NCBI RefSeq assembly: GCF_044704955.1
Contig: NC_091984.1
Span: forward strand, 147,932,001 to 147,996,000
Source of the DNA: Pristiophorus japonicus
Taxonomy: Eukaryota
Reading direction: 5' to 3'
DNA length: 64,000 nt
A model generated the notes under the pieces. The model was not told where the DNA came from, searched no databases, and saw only the letters and a program-made list of their open reading frames with translations. The translations under genes were made by a program, and so were the position numbers. Shown here in pieces: positions 1 to 11,399 of the stretch. The number at the start of each line of letters is the position of its first letter. Position 1 is the stretch's first letter.

Positions 1-80
1 GTGTCTCGAGCAATCTCTCATTTTACAGCGTCTTTCTGTGACAGTGCTTACTTCACTTTCTTTCCCCATTTCCCCCTCAG

Positions 81-382
81 GTATCAGTGGGGACATCATC
101 ATGACCCAGTCTCCCCCGGTGCTGTCAGTGAGTGAGGGACAGACTGCAACCATCACCTGTACCGCCAGTGCATCCGTTAGCAGCAGTTATGTTAATTGGT
201 ACCAGCAGAAAGCCGGGCAGAAACCCACTCTGCTGATCTATGCAGCAACAACTCGTTTCACTGGAACCTCCGATCGCTTCACCGGCAGTTACCAGTCCAA
301 CACGTTCACCCTGAGCATCAGCAACGTGCAGAGCGAGGATGTCGCAGACTATTACTGTCAGTATGGGTATAGCTCCGCTGGA
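81..382 (+). CDS. IGKV: Ig kappa (type III/NS4-like) V exon, cluster 1 (leader exon lies upstream of the window)
   Basis: Polypyrimidine tract and AG acceptor at 79-80. Reads (G)[26 protein letters not shown]...WYQQK...LLIY...[16 protein letters not shown], with both Ig cysteines and the Trp and no stops. Followed directly by an RSS. Confidence 0.97.
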
Positions 383-410
383 CACTGTGATACACAGCCG
401 GACAAAAACC
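383..410 (+). other. 12-bp-spacer recombination signal sequence (V1)
   Basis: Heptamer CACTGTG 383-389, 12-nt spacer ATACACAGCCGG, consensus nonamer ACAAAAACC 402-410. Confidence 0.95.
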
Positions 411-416
411 TCAATA

Positions 417-560
417 TACACAGCGCCACCTCCTGTACTGACTCACCCCACAGTTATATAAAATATATAATAATGGACACACAGCCCCACCTCCTGTACT
501 GACTCACCCCACAGTTATATATAATATATAATAATGGACACACAGCCCCACCTCCTGTAC
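417..560. repeat. about 61-bp tandem repeat just 3' of the V RSS (about 2.3 copies)
   Basis: CACAGCCCCACCTCCTGTACTGACTCACCCCACAGTTATATA... recurs at about 419, 480 and 541. Cluster 2 has one copy fewer (62385-62465). Confidence 0.85.
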
Positions 561-769
561 GGTTTTACACATGACTGACACACAGCTCGATGGGAGTGAC
601 GGCAGGAATATTCAGCTGGAAGCTGCAGTGAATTGGGAAAGGATGGAGTGGGTCAGAGAGGAGTTGGGGCTGTGTCTTCATCACTGAGAATCTCACAGCT
701 CTACTCTGTACATTCAGACAGCACGGAGACACTGGGTGGTCCCTGTGTCCTCAATCCAAATAATCTCAC

Positions 770-1650
770 AAACCCCCCACTATTGAGAGGGCCACAACTT
801 ATAAAACCCAAAGTATAAACATGAAAGTGAAATGGTCGTGCTCTTTCCCTGCCCACCCCACACTCGAGGCCCTGCGGTGCCCACCCGTCGCAGAAGGCCT
901 CAGGCCTACCCTGGGCTCCGTCCCCAGGTCCACCCGGGCATGGACAACGCCCCCGAAGGGAGACAGGCAGGCAGTGCGACCACCCCATGGGCCCCGTCCA
1001 ACTGGGACCTGTGGATGGTCACCTCCGACCTGCCCACTCCACCCGCAGCGGGTGACTAGGCCCAGGAGCAGGCCCAGGAGCAGGCCCACGGGGAGGCTCT
1101 CCGACCTGCCCGCTCCCCCCGCACCGGGTGACCAGACCCAGGAGCAGGCCCACCGGGAAGGCCCTCCGACCTGCCCACTCCCCCCGGCACCGGGTGACCA
1201 GGCCCAGGAGCAGGCCCACGGGGAGGCCCTCCGACCTGCCCACTCCCCCCGCACCGGGTGACCAGGCGCAGGAGCGTGGGACTGAAGTGGAGCCAGAAAT
1301 TGAGGAGCAGCCCCTTCAAATAGTGGAAGAGGGGCTGCATCCTCTCACACTCCACGTACACACGGGTCACAGACTGAGGAAACAGGTTTCTAAAGCCCCT
1401 GAAACTCGTTATTTTATAATGATCCCCGAGGAAGGCCTGTGTCAGCAACACAAACATCTCACTTGCAGACAGAGCCCGTTGTTCAAGGGGCCCAAAGAGG
1501 TGAGCCCTGTGTGACGGGGACTTTCATTCTCCAGCAATTCCGTGGCCCCAGGGTTACCGTCTGATGGGGCGGGAAGGGCAGCTGGGAGATTTGTCCCAAA
1601 CACGTCGGATCCCCAACTCTCCCGGGCACTGCCACAGGCAACTCGGACAC
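770..1650 (-). mobile_element. Tx1/L1-clade LINE 3' fragment between V and J (also in cluster 2, about 62680-63380)
   Basis: Minus-strand translation ECERMQPLFHYLKGLLLNFWLHFSPTLL matches the plus-strand Tx1-like ORF2 end at 8160-8260. Confidence 0.75.
1020..1270. repeat. about 65-bp GC-rich minisatellite (4 copies) inside the Tx1 fragment
   Basis: CTCCGACCTGCCC...GCACCGGGTGACCAGGCCCAGGAGCAGGCCCAC starts at about 1023, 1099, 1164 and 1229. Single copy in cluster 2. Confidence 0.85.
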
Positions 1651-1970
1651 AGAGAGAGAGGGAGGGAGGGAGAGTGTGAGTGAAGGAGTGAGAGAAAGAG
1701 AGTGAGAGGGAGAGAAAGAGAGTGAGAGGGAGGGAAAGAGAGACTGAGGGAGAGAGAGAGATCGAGGGAGTAAGTGAGAGAGGGAGTGAGTGAGGGGAAG
1801 ATGCAGAGAGAGAGTGAAGGAGAAAGGGTGAGAGAGAGAGAGAGAGAAAAAATGAAGGAGAGTGAGAGAGAAACCAAGAGAGCAACAGATAGAGTGAGAC
1901 ACTGAGAAAGAGACAGAGGGAGACACACACACACACACCCACACAGACAGAGAGAGGGGGAGAGAGACTG
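1650..1970. repeat. (GA)n/(CA)n low-complexity purine tract upstream of J
   Basis: Directly visible. Equivalent tract at 63380-63650. Confidence 0.9.
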
Positions 1971-1987
1971 AATGAGCCAGGGACGGA

Positions 1988-2026
1988 GGATATTGTACAG
2001 CCGCTGCACTGGAAACTGTCACTGTG
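1988..2026 (-). other. 23-bp-spacer RSS (J1)
   Basis: Plus strand reads nonamer GGATATTGT 1988-1996, 23-nt spacer, heptamer CACTGTG 2020-2026 (CACAGTG on minus). Confidence 0.92.
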
Positions 2027-2061
2027 GCTCACGTTCGGTAAAGGAACCAAGCTCAGACTGA
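2027..2061 (+). CDS. IGKJ: Ig kappa J segment, cluster 1
   Basis: LTFGKGTKLRL (FGxG motif) followed by phase-1 donor A/GTAAGT at 2062. Confidence 0.96.
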
Positions 2062-3159
2062 GTAAGTAAACCCAATGCTCCGTTATTAACACTTTAAATA
2101 CTGAATCTTTCTAAGACACAAATGCTGAATATGCAAAGGTGTTTGTTTACATATGATTACATTTGATCCGTCCATCTTTCCTCATCAAAATCTATCAGCA
2201 TAACCCTCTATTCCCTTCTCCCTCTATTCCCTTCTCCCTCATATCCCTGTCTAGCCTCCCCTTAAATACATCGATACTATTCACTTCAATCACTCCCTGT
2301 GGTAGCCAGTTCTACATTCTCACCACTCGCTGGGTAAAGAATTTTCTCCTGAATTACCGATTGGATTTCTTGCTGACTATCTTATATTGATGGCCTCTAG
2401 TTCTGCTCTTCCCCACAAGTGGAAACACTCTCTCTGTATCCACTCTATCAAATCCTTTCCCAATGTTAAAGACCTCCATCAGGTCACCCCGCAGCCTCAA
2501 AAGAAAAGAGCCCCAGCCTGTTCATCCTTTCCTGATATGTGCACCCTCACATTTCTGGTCCCATCCTTGTAAACCTTCTCTGCACCCTCTCCAGTGCCTG
2601 TGTATGGGTTATATAATATGGTGGGGAGCTGCAGTGAATGAAAGGGTTAATTGAAGAGTGCTGTTTATGACAGGGAGCCCGGCTGTATTCCTTTACCCAC
2701 ACTCCCCCTTCACCCAGCAAAGTATAAGTAACGAACTGTTACCCACCGTGTGGAGGAGATCTGGACGTTGGCACACTGCGGTCCCATCCCTGCACCATCC
2801 CCGGAAATCACTCCCGAGCCTCCTGCCTGTCTCAGTGTGACAGACACGGTGTGTGAGACACGGGCAGAGTGTGGGTGTGAGTGAGTGAGCTCGCTGGGGG
2901 AAGTCTGTGCTCCTGTCACAGTCTCTGATATAACTGAGCTCAGCCTCAGCACACTGACACTCCCGAGGTCCCGCCTCCCCCAGCTCCAACTCTGATCTGT
3001 CCAGCCCCCGCTCACCTCCTGTCCAACTTCTGATCACAAACAGGGGCAGCAGGGCTCGCAATCCGGCGGCTGCAGTGCTCCAGGGTTGTGGGGAGACTCT
3101 CAGTTACTGTTTCTGTGGCTCGAGTTCAGGCCGATATTTATCCCGCAACCTACATCACT

Positions 3160-5090
3160 TAAACATAGAAAATAGGAGCAGTAGTAGGCCATTCGGCCCT
3201 TTGAGTCTGCACTGACATTCAATATGATCATGTTTGATCCCCTGTCTCAACACCATATTCCAGCTTTTTCCCTTTGCCCCTTGATGCCTTTTGTAAGCCA
3301 AGGGGTAAGCCATTTAGGACCGAGATGAGGAGAAACTTCTTCACCCAGAGAGTGGTGAACCTGTGGAATTCTCTACCACAGAAAGTTGTTGAGGCCAATT
3401 TACTAAATATATTCAAAAAGGAGTTAGATGAAGTCCTTACTACTAGGGGGATCAAGGGGTATGGCAAGAAAGCAGGAATGGGGTACTGAAGTTGCATGTT
3501 CAGCCATGAACTCATTGAATGGTGGTGCAGGCTAGAAGGGCCGAATGGCCTACTCCTGCACCTATTTTCTATGTTTCTATGTTTCTAGAAATCCATCGAT
3601 CTGCCTCTTAAATATATTCAGTGACTTGGCCTCCACAGCCTTCTGTGGTGGAGAATTCCACAGGTTCTCCACCCTCTGAGTGAAAACATTTCTCCTCATC
3701 TCGGTCCTAAATTTTCTACCTCGTATCCTGAGATTGTGACCACTTATTCTAAACTTCCCAGCCCGGGAAAACATCCTCCCCAGATCCAGTCTATCCAACC
3801 CAGTCAGAATTTTATACGTTTCAATGAGATCCCCTCATTCTTCTAAACTCTAGTGACTGCAGGCCCAGTCGACCCAATCTCTTTTTATACGACAGTCCTG
3901 CCATCCCAGGAATCAGTCTGGTGAACCTTCGCTGCACTCCCTCTATGGCAAGGATATCCTTTCTTAAGTAAGGAGACCAAAGCTGCACATAATACTCCAG
4001 GTGCGGTCTCACCAAGGCCCTGTAGTAAGACCTCGTTGCTCAAATCCTCTTGCAATGAAGGCCAAAGTACCATTTGCTTTCCTAACTGCTTGCTGCACCT
4101 GTATGTTTGCTTTCACTGACTGGTGTACAAGGACACCCAGGTCCCTCTGTACATCGACACTTCACAAACCATCACCATTTAAATAATACTTTGTCCTTAT
4201 GTTTTTCCTACCAAAGTGAGTAACTTCACATTTATCCACAATATGTTACATCTGTCATGTGTTTGCTCACTCACTCAACCTATCTAAATTTCATTGCATC
4301 CTCCTCACAACTCATAATCCCATCTAATTTTGTGCTGTCAGCAAACTTGGAAATATTACATTTGGTTCCCCAATTCAAATCATTTATTTATACATTGTGA
4401 ATATCTGGGGCCCAAGCACTAATCCCTGTGGTACCCCACTCGTCACTGCCCGCCACCCTGAAACACACCCATTTATTCCGACTGTTTCCTGTCAGTGAAC
4501 CAATTTTCAATCATGCCAATACATTACCCACAATCCTATGTGCTTTAATTTTGCACACTAACCTCTTTTGTGGGATTTTTATCGAAAGCCTTCTGAAAAT
4601 CCAAATACACAACATCCACTGGTTCTCCATTACCTATTCTATCAGTTAGATCCTCAAAAAACTCCAGTAGGTTACTTTCATAAATCCACGTGACTGTCTT
4701 TAACCCCGTTGATGTTATCTAAGTGCACCGTTATCACATCCTTTATAATAGACTCCAGCATTTTCCCTATTAATGACCGGTCTGTAGTTCCCCGTTCTTT
4801 CTCCCTCCTTTTTTAAATAGTGTGATTACATTTGCCACCCTCCAATCTGCAGGAATTGTCCCATAATCTATAGAATTTTGGAAGATGACAACCAATGTAT
4901 CTACTATTTCCATGGCTACCTCTTTTGATACTCTGGGATGCAGATCATCAGATCCTGGGGATTTATCGGCCTTCAGGCCCATTAGTTTCTCCAGCACTAT
5001 TTTCTTACTAATAATCATTTCCTTTAATTCCTCTTGTTCACTGGACCCATGTTTCCCGAGCATTTCTGGGAAGTTATTTGTATCCTCTTC
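3160..5090. mobile_element. Nested CR1 LINE fragments (mostly minus strand)
   Basis: CR1 RT C-terminal motifs VRPHLEYYVQLWSP, RRNFFTQRVVNLWNSLP and KSPGSDDLHPRV, plus CR1 3' tails. Confidence 0.85.
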
Positions 5091-5374
5091 CATGAAGAGA
5101 TCATTTACCTCAGTGCTGTGTGTGGGAGCTTGCTGTGCACAAATTGGTTCCCGTGTTGGCCACATTACAACAGTGACTACACTTCAAAATGTACTTCATT
5201 GGCTGTGAAGCACTTTGGGACATCCTGAGGTGTGAAAGGTGCAATATAAATGCAGGTCTTTCTTTAATTTCTCTTTTCTTTTTATTAACTGGGACTCGCA
5301 CAATTTCCCTCTGATTAAACCTGGACCCAGCAGAAAATCCCCAGATCACGGACTAACGTTCCATAAGAACATTA

Positions 5375-6700
5375 GGAGTAGGAGGAGGCCATTTGGCCCC
5401 TCGAGCCTGCTCCACCATTCAATGAGATCATGGCTGATCTTCTACCTCAACTCCACTTTCCTGCACTATCCCCATATCCCTCGATCCCTTAATATCCAAA
5501 AATTTATCGATCTCCAGAATATACTCAAGGACTGAGCCTCCACAGTCCTCTGGGGTAGAGAATTCCAGAGATTCACCACCCTCTGAATGAAGAGGTTTCT
5601 CCTCATCTCAGTCCTAAATGGCCGACCCCTTATTCTGAGACTGTGACCCCTGGTTCTAGACTTCCCAGCCAGAGGAAACCTCCTCCCTGCATCTACCCTG
5701 TCAAGCCCTGTCATAATATTGTATGTTTCAATGAGATCCCCTCTCATTCTTCGAAACACTAGAGAATATAGGCCGAGTATACTCAATCTCTCCATAGGAC
5801 AATCCCCCCATCCCAGATGTCCGTCTGATGTGTCTGTGTGTTTGTCACACGTGACGGAGCAGATGTTCCACCAGCAACACAGGACGTTACCTCAGTGCCC
5901 GGCCCACTTTCCCCATCCACTTACCACATTCTTACAGGTAAACGGGCTCAGCACCTGCCCTCGGCCGGTGAAATGTCTCCCCTCTACACCACAGGCTGCC
6001 CGTCATCTGCTCCCCATCTCACTCCTGAAGGCACTTCCTCTGGCTGGGGCTCAGCTCCTCTCCCCAAGTGGGCTCACTGTCCCAGTGTGAGCCCAGAGAC
6101 TGAGCTCCCCAAGTGGCCTCATTGTCCCAGTGTGAGTCCAGAGAGTGAGTGTGTCAGGCTAATCAACCGTGAGGTGTCAGCCGTGGCTCAGTCGCTAGCA
6201 TGCTCGGCTCTGAGAAAAGGAAGATTTGCATTTATATAGCGCCTTTCACGACCACCAGACATCCCAAAGTGCTTTACAGCCAATGAAGTACTTTTTGAAG
6301 TGTACTCACTGTTGTAATGTGGGAAACTCAGCAGCCAATTTGTGCACAGCAAGCTCCCACAAACAGCAATGTGCTGATGACCAAATAACCTGTTTTTGTT
6401 ATGTTGATAGTGGGATAAATATTGGCCAGGACACCGGAGTTTGATTTGAACCCACAATCTCTGACTCAGAAGCGAGGGTGGTTCCAACTGAGCCACTGGC
6501 TGACACCATTTGGCCCATCGTGTCCGTGCCAGCCGACAAAGATCTATCCAGCCTCATCCCACTTTCCAGCTCTGGGTCCGTAGCTCTGTAGGTTACGGCA
6601 CTTCAAGTGCACATCCAAGTACTACTTAAATGTGGTGAGGGTTTCTGACTCTACCACCCTTTCAGGCAGTGAGTTCCAGACCCCCACCACCCTCTGGGTG
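5375..6700 (+). repeat. Segmental direct repeat, block A1 (paralogue at about 16735-18010)
   Basis: Same order (CR1 tail, unique 5820-6180 sequence, SINE, CR1) and same junctions in both copies. Confidence 0.9.
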
Positions 6701-6795
6701 AAAAGGATTCTCCTCAACTACCCTCTAATCCTTCTATCAATTACTTTAAATCTGTGACACCTGGTTAGTGACCCTACTGCAGAGGGAAATAGGTC

Positions 6796-8729
6796 TCGGC
6801 CGCATCCTCCGCCAGGATCAACTGACAAATGTTCCGCACTCCTGGTGGGTCAGTGGCAGGTGGACTCCCTGCTGGAGGAGCTCAGGCCTTTTGCCTAGAG
6901 CATGACCCATCTCCTCTATCTGGGAGTCTACCTTAGCCCTGACGAGGAAGCCTGGCCGGCGAACTGCCAGGAGCTGGAGGCCAAAGTCGCCGCTCACCGA
7001 GGGCGCTGGACAGGACTGCTCCAAGTGCTGTCCTACAGGGGTCCAGTGCTAGTCATAAACCAGCTGGTGGCCGCTATGCTGTGGTACCGGCTGGTCACTT
7101 TGACCCCTCCCCCTGTGTTTGTCGCCAAGATACAGAAGAAGCTGGTGGACTTCTTCTGGAACAACAGGAAACATTGGGTCTTTGCTGCGGTTTTAAGTCT
7201 CCCACTCAGGGAGGGCGGTCAGGCGTTGGTGTGCATCAGTACCCAGCATGCGACTTTCCATCTTCAGACCATACAGAGATACCTGTACGTCGAGCCCCCT
7301 CCTACGTGCGTTGGGGACGTATTTCTTCCGCCAGCAGTACTGCCTTAATTATGACACGCAGCTCCTGTTTCTGAGCCTGGGATGCATCAGGACCCCCATA
7401 CGGGGGCTTCCTGTCTTTTACCAGGAATTCATCAGAGTCTGGAACAGAGTCGCCACCAAGCGCAGGTCTCCCCCGTCTGGAGTGGCAGCTGTCCTGCAGG
7501 AGCCGCTGCTCAGGAATCTGTACCTCCATGACCGTGGTTTTAGGTGGCAGGCAGACGAGAGTGCTGTGGCTGGCGAGGTGACCAGGGTCAGGGATCTGCT
7601 CGATGACGGAGGAGCGGGCTGGGTGGTGCCAGACGTGGTAGGACGTTGCCTAAACTGCGTCAACATCCAGCGCGCGGCCAATGCCATCGAGTCGCTAAAA
7701 ACAGCACTGGTCCCTGACTCCATTAGGTGTGCCGAGGTGGCTCAAGCACGTGGGCCGATCCCCTCCAAACTGACCCCCATCCAGACAGAATTCCTCATCG
7801 CACCAAGCCCCGAAACCTCCTTTGGGATCCGGCGCCTCCCATCTTGAGCCTTCTCGGGGAAATCACCTCCGTGCCTTTCAGTTCTGCGCAGAGGGGTTTC
7901 CTGTACGGGCTGCGCCTGCACACTATCCACCTTTCCACCCTCGTCTGCCGTCCAGACACGCCATGGCATACCATCTTGTCGTCCAGAGGAGGCGGGCGTC
8001 CCCAGTGGAGTACACTCTACGCGGGAGTCCTTCCTCTATTTATTGGGGACTTGGCCTGGAGGGTGTTGCACGGAGCAGTCCCATGCAATAAGTTTTTAAG
8101 TCGGTTCACGGGCTCCCAGGCCGCCTGCAATTTCTGCTGTCTGGAAGAGTCCGTGTTCCTTGTTTTTAATGGAGTGTGTGAGGTTGCAGTCCCTCTTCTG
8201 TTATTTGAAGGGGCTGCTCCTCAAATTCTGGTTGCACTTCAGTCCCATACTCCTGATCTTTGGGCAGGAGAGGAGCGGGCAGGTCAGAAGGCCTCCCCGT
8301 AGGACTGCTCCTGGGCATGGCCAAGGGGGCCATCAGCCGGTCCAGGCAGCGGGCGGTCGAAGGGGTCGTTCATCCTGACTGCCTGCCTCTCTTCCGCGGT
8401 TACATCCGAGCCAGGGTATCCCTGGAGATGGAGCACGCGGTGTCCACCGGTACGCTCGCAGCCTTCCGCGAGAGGTGGGCGCCGGAGGGACTGGAGTGCA
8501 TCATCACCCCCGGCAACCAAATTTTAATTTAATCATTTAAGTTTAAAGTTTAATTTGTTTAATTTGCCAGTTTTAGTGCCCCCCCTTTTTGGCCCAGGGG
8601 ACACTTGTATAATTTGTGTGTTGGTGCCCTCAAAAAAAACGGGCACTGGAAAAATGTATCTTGGTGTGTGATCCTTCCCCCGCCCCCTTCAGGGGGCATT
8701 TGTTTAAAGTGCACAAATAAAATAGTTGT
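6796..8729 (+). mobile_element. 5'-truncated Tx1-like non-LTR retrotransposon, frameshifted ORF2 C-terminus
   Basis: YLGVYL, GPVLVINQLVAAMLWY, LPLREGGQAL and DLAWRVLHGAVPCN...CNFC..EESVF (zf-RVT-like). TSD GGGAAATAGGTC 6784-6795 / GGGAAATAGATC 8730-8741 within a CR1. Confidence 0.85.
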
Positions 8730-10950
8730 GGGAAATAGATCCTTCCTAACCACTCTATCTCGGCCCCTCATAATTTTATACACCTCAATTAAATCTCCCC
8801 TCAGCCTCCTCTGCTCCAAAGAAAATAATCCAGCCTATCCAATCTTTCATCATAACTAAAATTTTCCAGTCCTGGTAACATCCTCGTAAATCTCCTTTGT
8901 ACTCTAGCTGTGGCCTAACTAGTATTTTAAACAGTTATAGCATAACCTTTCTGCTCTTACATTCAATGCCACGACTAATAAAGGCAAGTATCCCATCTGC
9001 CTTCTTAGCCACCTTATCTACCTGGCCTGCTATCTTCAGGGATCTGTGGACCTGCACTCCAAGGTCCTCTACACTTCTCAGGGTCCTACCATTTTATGTG
9101 TCTTCCCTTGCCTTGTTAGCCTTCCTCAAATGCATTACCTCACAGTTCTCTGGATTGAAATCCATTTGCCACTGTTCTGCCCACCTGACCAGTCCATTGA
9201 TACCTTCCTGCAGTCTACAGCTTTCTTCCTCACTATCATCTGCAAACTTCTTAATCATGTTCCCGACATTGAAGTCTAAATCATTGGTGTATATTACAAA
9301 GCGTAAGGGACTTAGTACTGAGCCCTGCGGAACCCCACTCGAAACAGCCTTCCAGTCACAAAAACACCTGTTGACCATTACCCTTGGCTTCCTGCCACTA
9401 AGCCAATTTTGGATCCAACTTGCTACTTTCCCTTGGATCCCATGGGCTTTTACTTTTCTGCCACGTGAGACTTTGCCAAATGCCTTGCAAAAATCCATGT
9501 AGACTACATCAAAGGTGCAACACTCATCGACCCTCCTTGTTATCTCCGCAAAAAATTCACTCAAGTTAGTCAGGCACGACCTTCCCTTAACAAATCCATG
9601 CTGACTGTCCTTGATTAATCTGTCGATTTCTATATGACAATTTATCCTCTCCCTCAGAATTGTTTCCAATAATTTTCCCACCACCGAGGTTAGGCTGACT
9701 GGCCTGTAATTACTCGGTCTATCCCTTTCTCACTTTTTAAACAAAGGTACACGTTAGCAGTCCTCCAGTCCTCCGACACCACACCTGGAGCCAGAGAGGA
9801 TTGGAAAATGATGGTCAGAGCCTCTGCTATTTCCTCCCTTGCTTCTCTTAACAACCTGGGATACATTTGATCTGGGCCTGGTGATTTATCCACTTTCAAA
9901 GCTGCTAAGCCCCTCAATACTTCCTCTCTCACTATGTTTATCTCATCTCATATTTCACACTTCTCCTTAATTACAATGCCTGCATCGTGCCTCTCTTCTG
10001 TGAAGACAGGTGCAAAGTATTCACAAAGAACCATACCCACATCTTCTGTCTCCACACACAGGTTATCTTTTTGGTCTCCAATAGGCCCCACTCTTGCCTT
10101 GCTCTTTATGTATTTATAAAACATCTTTGGGTTTTCCTTGATATTACTTGCCAATATGTTTTCATGCCCTCTCTTTGCATTCCTAATTTCCTTTTTAATT
10201 TCACCCCTGCACTTTCTATACTTCTCTGGGCTTTCTGCAGTATTTAGCTCTGGGTATCTGACATCAGCTTCCCTTTTTTGCCTTATCCTACCCTGTATGA
10301 CATGTGCCATCCAGGGGGCTCTAAATTTGGGAGTGCCACCCTTTTCCTTTTTTAGGAACATACTTGCTCTGAACCCTCACTATCTCCCCGTTGAATACCT
10401 CCCACTGCTCTGACACTGATTTACCTTCAAGTAGCTGTTTCCAGCCCACTTTTGCTAAATCACCTCTCAGCTTAGTAAAATGGGCCTTTCCCCAATTGAG
10501 AACCTTTATTCCTTGTCTATCTTTGTCCTTTTCCATAACTACACTAAATCTAACTGAATTATAATCACTGGCACCAAAATGCTCTCCCACTGATACCCCT
10601 TCCACCTGCCCAGCTTCATTCCCTAAAACTAAGCCCAGAAACGACCCCTCCCTTGTTGGGCTTGCTACGTACTGGCTATAAAAGTTCTCCTGAATGCATT
10701 TTAAGAATTCTGCGACCTCTATACCTTTGACACTGATTCCATCCCAGTTAATGTGAGGGGAGTTGAAATCCCCGACTATTGCTGCCCGATTGTTTTTGAC
10801 CTTCTCAGCAATTTGCCGACATTTTCTTTTCTATCTCCCTCTGACTGTTTAGGGGTCTATAGTACACTCCCAGCAGTGTGATCGCCCCTTTTATGTTCAT
10901 CAGTTTAACCCATATGGACTCATTTGATGATCCTTCTAACATATCATCCC
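8730..10950 (-). mobile_element. CR1 LINE ORF2 fragment
   Basis: [45 protein letters not shown]. Confidence 0.9.
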
Positions 10951-11399
10951 TCTGTCAGAGGTGCTGTCTTTCAGATAAGACGTTAAACTGAAGTCCCGTC
11001 TGCCCTCACAGGTGGACATGAAAGATCCCATAATCACTACTGGAAGTGCAAGGGGGTTCTTCCCAGTGTCCTGGCCAATATTTATCCCACAACCAACATA
11101 GTTAAAACTGATGATCTGGTCATGATCTCATTGCAGTCTGGGAGCTTCATAGAATCAGATAAATTTACAGCATGAAAGGAGGCCATTTCGGCCCATCATG
11201 TCTGCGCTGGCCAACAAAGAGCTACCCAGCCTAATCCCACTTTCCAGCTCTGGGTCCGTAGTCCTGTGGGTTACGGCACTTCAAGTGTACATCCAAGTAT
11301 TTCTTAAATGTGGTGAGGATTTCTGCCTCTACCATCCTTTCAGGCAGTGAGTTCCAGACCCCCACCACGCTCTGGGTGATGACATTTCCCCTCAAATCC

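Noticed and set aside
351-389. V heptamer CACTGTG read as an inward-facing CACAGTG (bidirectional RSS)
   Set aside because: No nonamer-like sequence at 12 or 23 nt inside either V.
38-502. ORF-track starts and ends for the V genes (38-502, 62013-62429) and C (12944)
   Set aside because: They run through intron and RSS sequence or start internally. True limits are set by splice sites and RSSs.
1442-2092. Long Ser/Leu-rich or Gly/Pro-rich ORFs (also 58553-59376 and 63241-63701)
   Set aside because: Translations of microsatellite, low-complexity or N-gap sequence.
2620-3120. Unique sequence early in the J-C intron at the position of the mammalian iE-kappa
   Set aside because: No convincing kB or E-box cluster was seen, and the cluster 2 counterpart is outside the window, so conservation cannot be tested.
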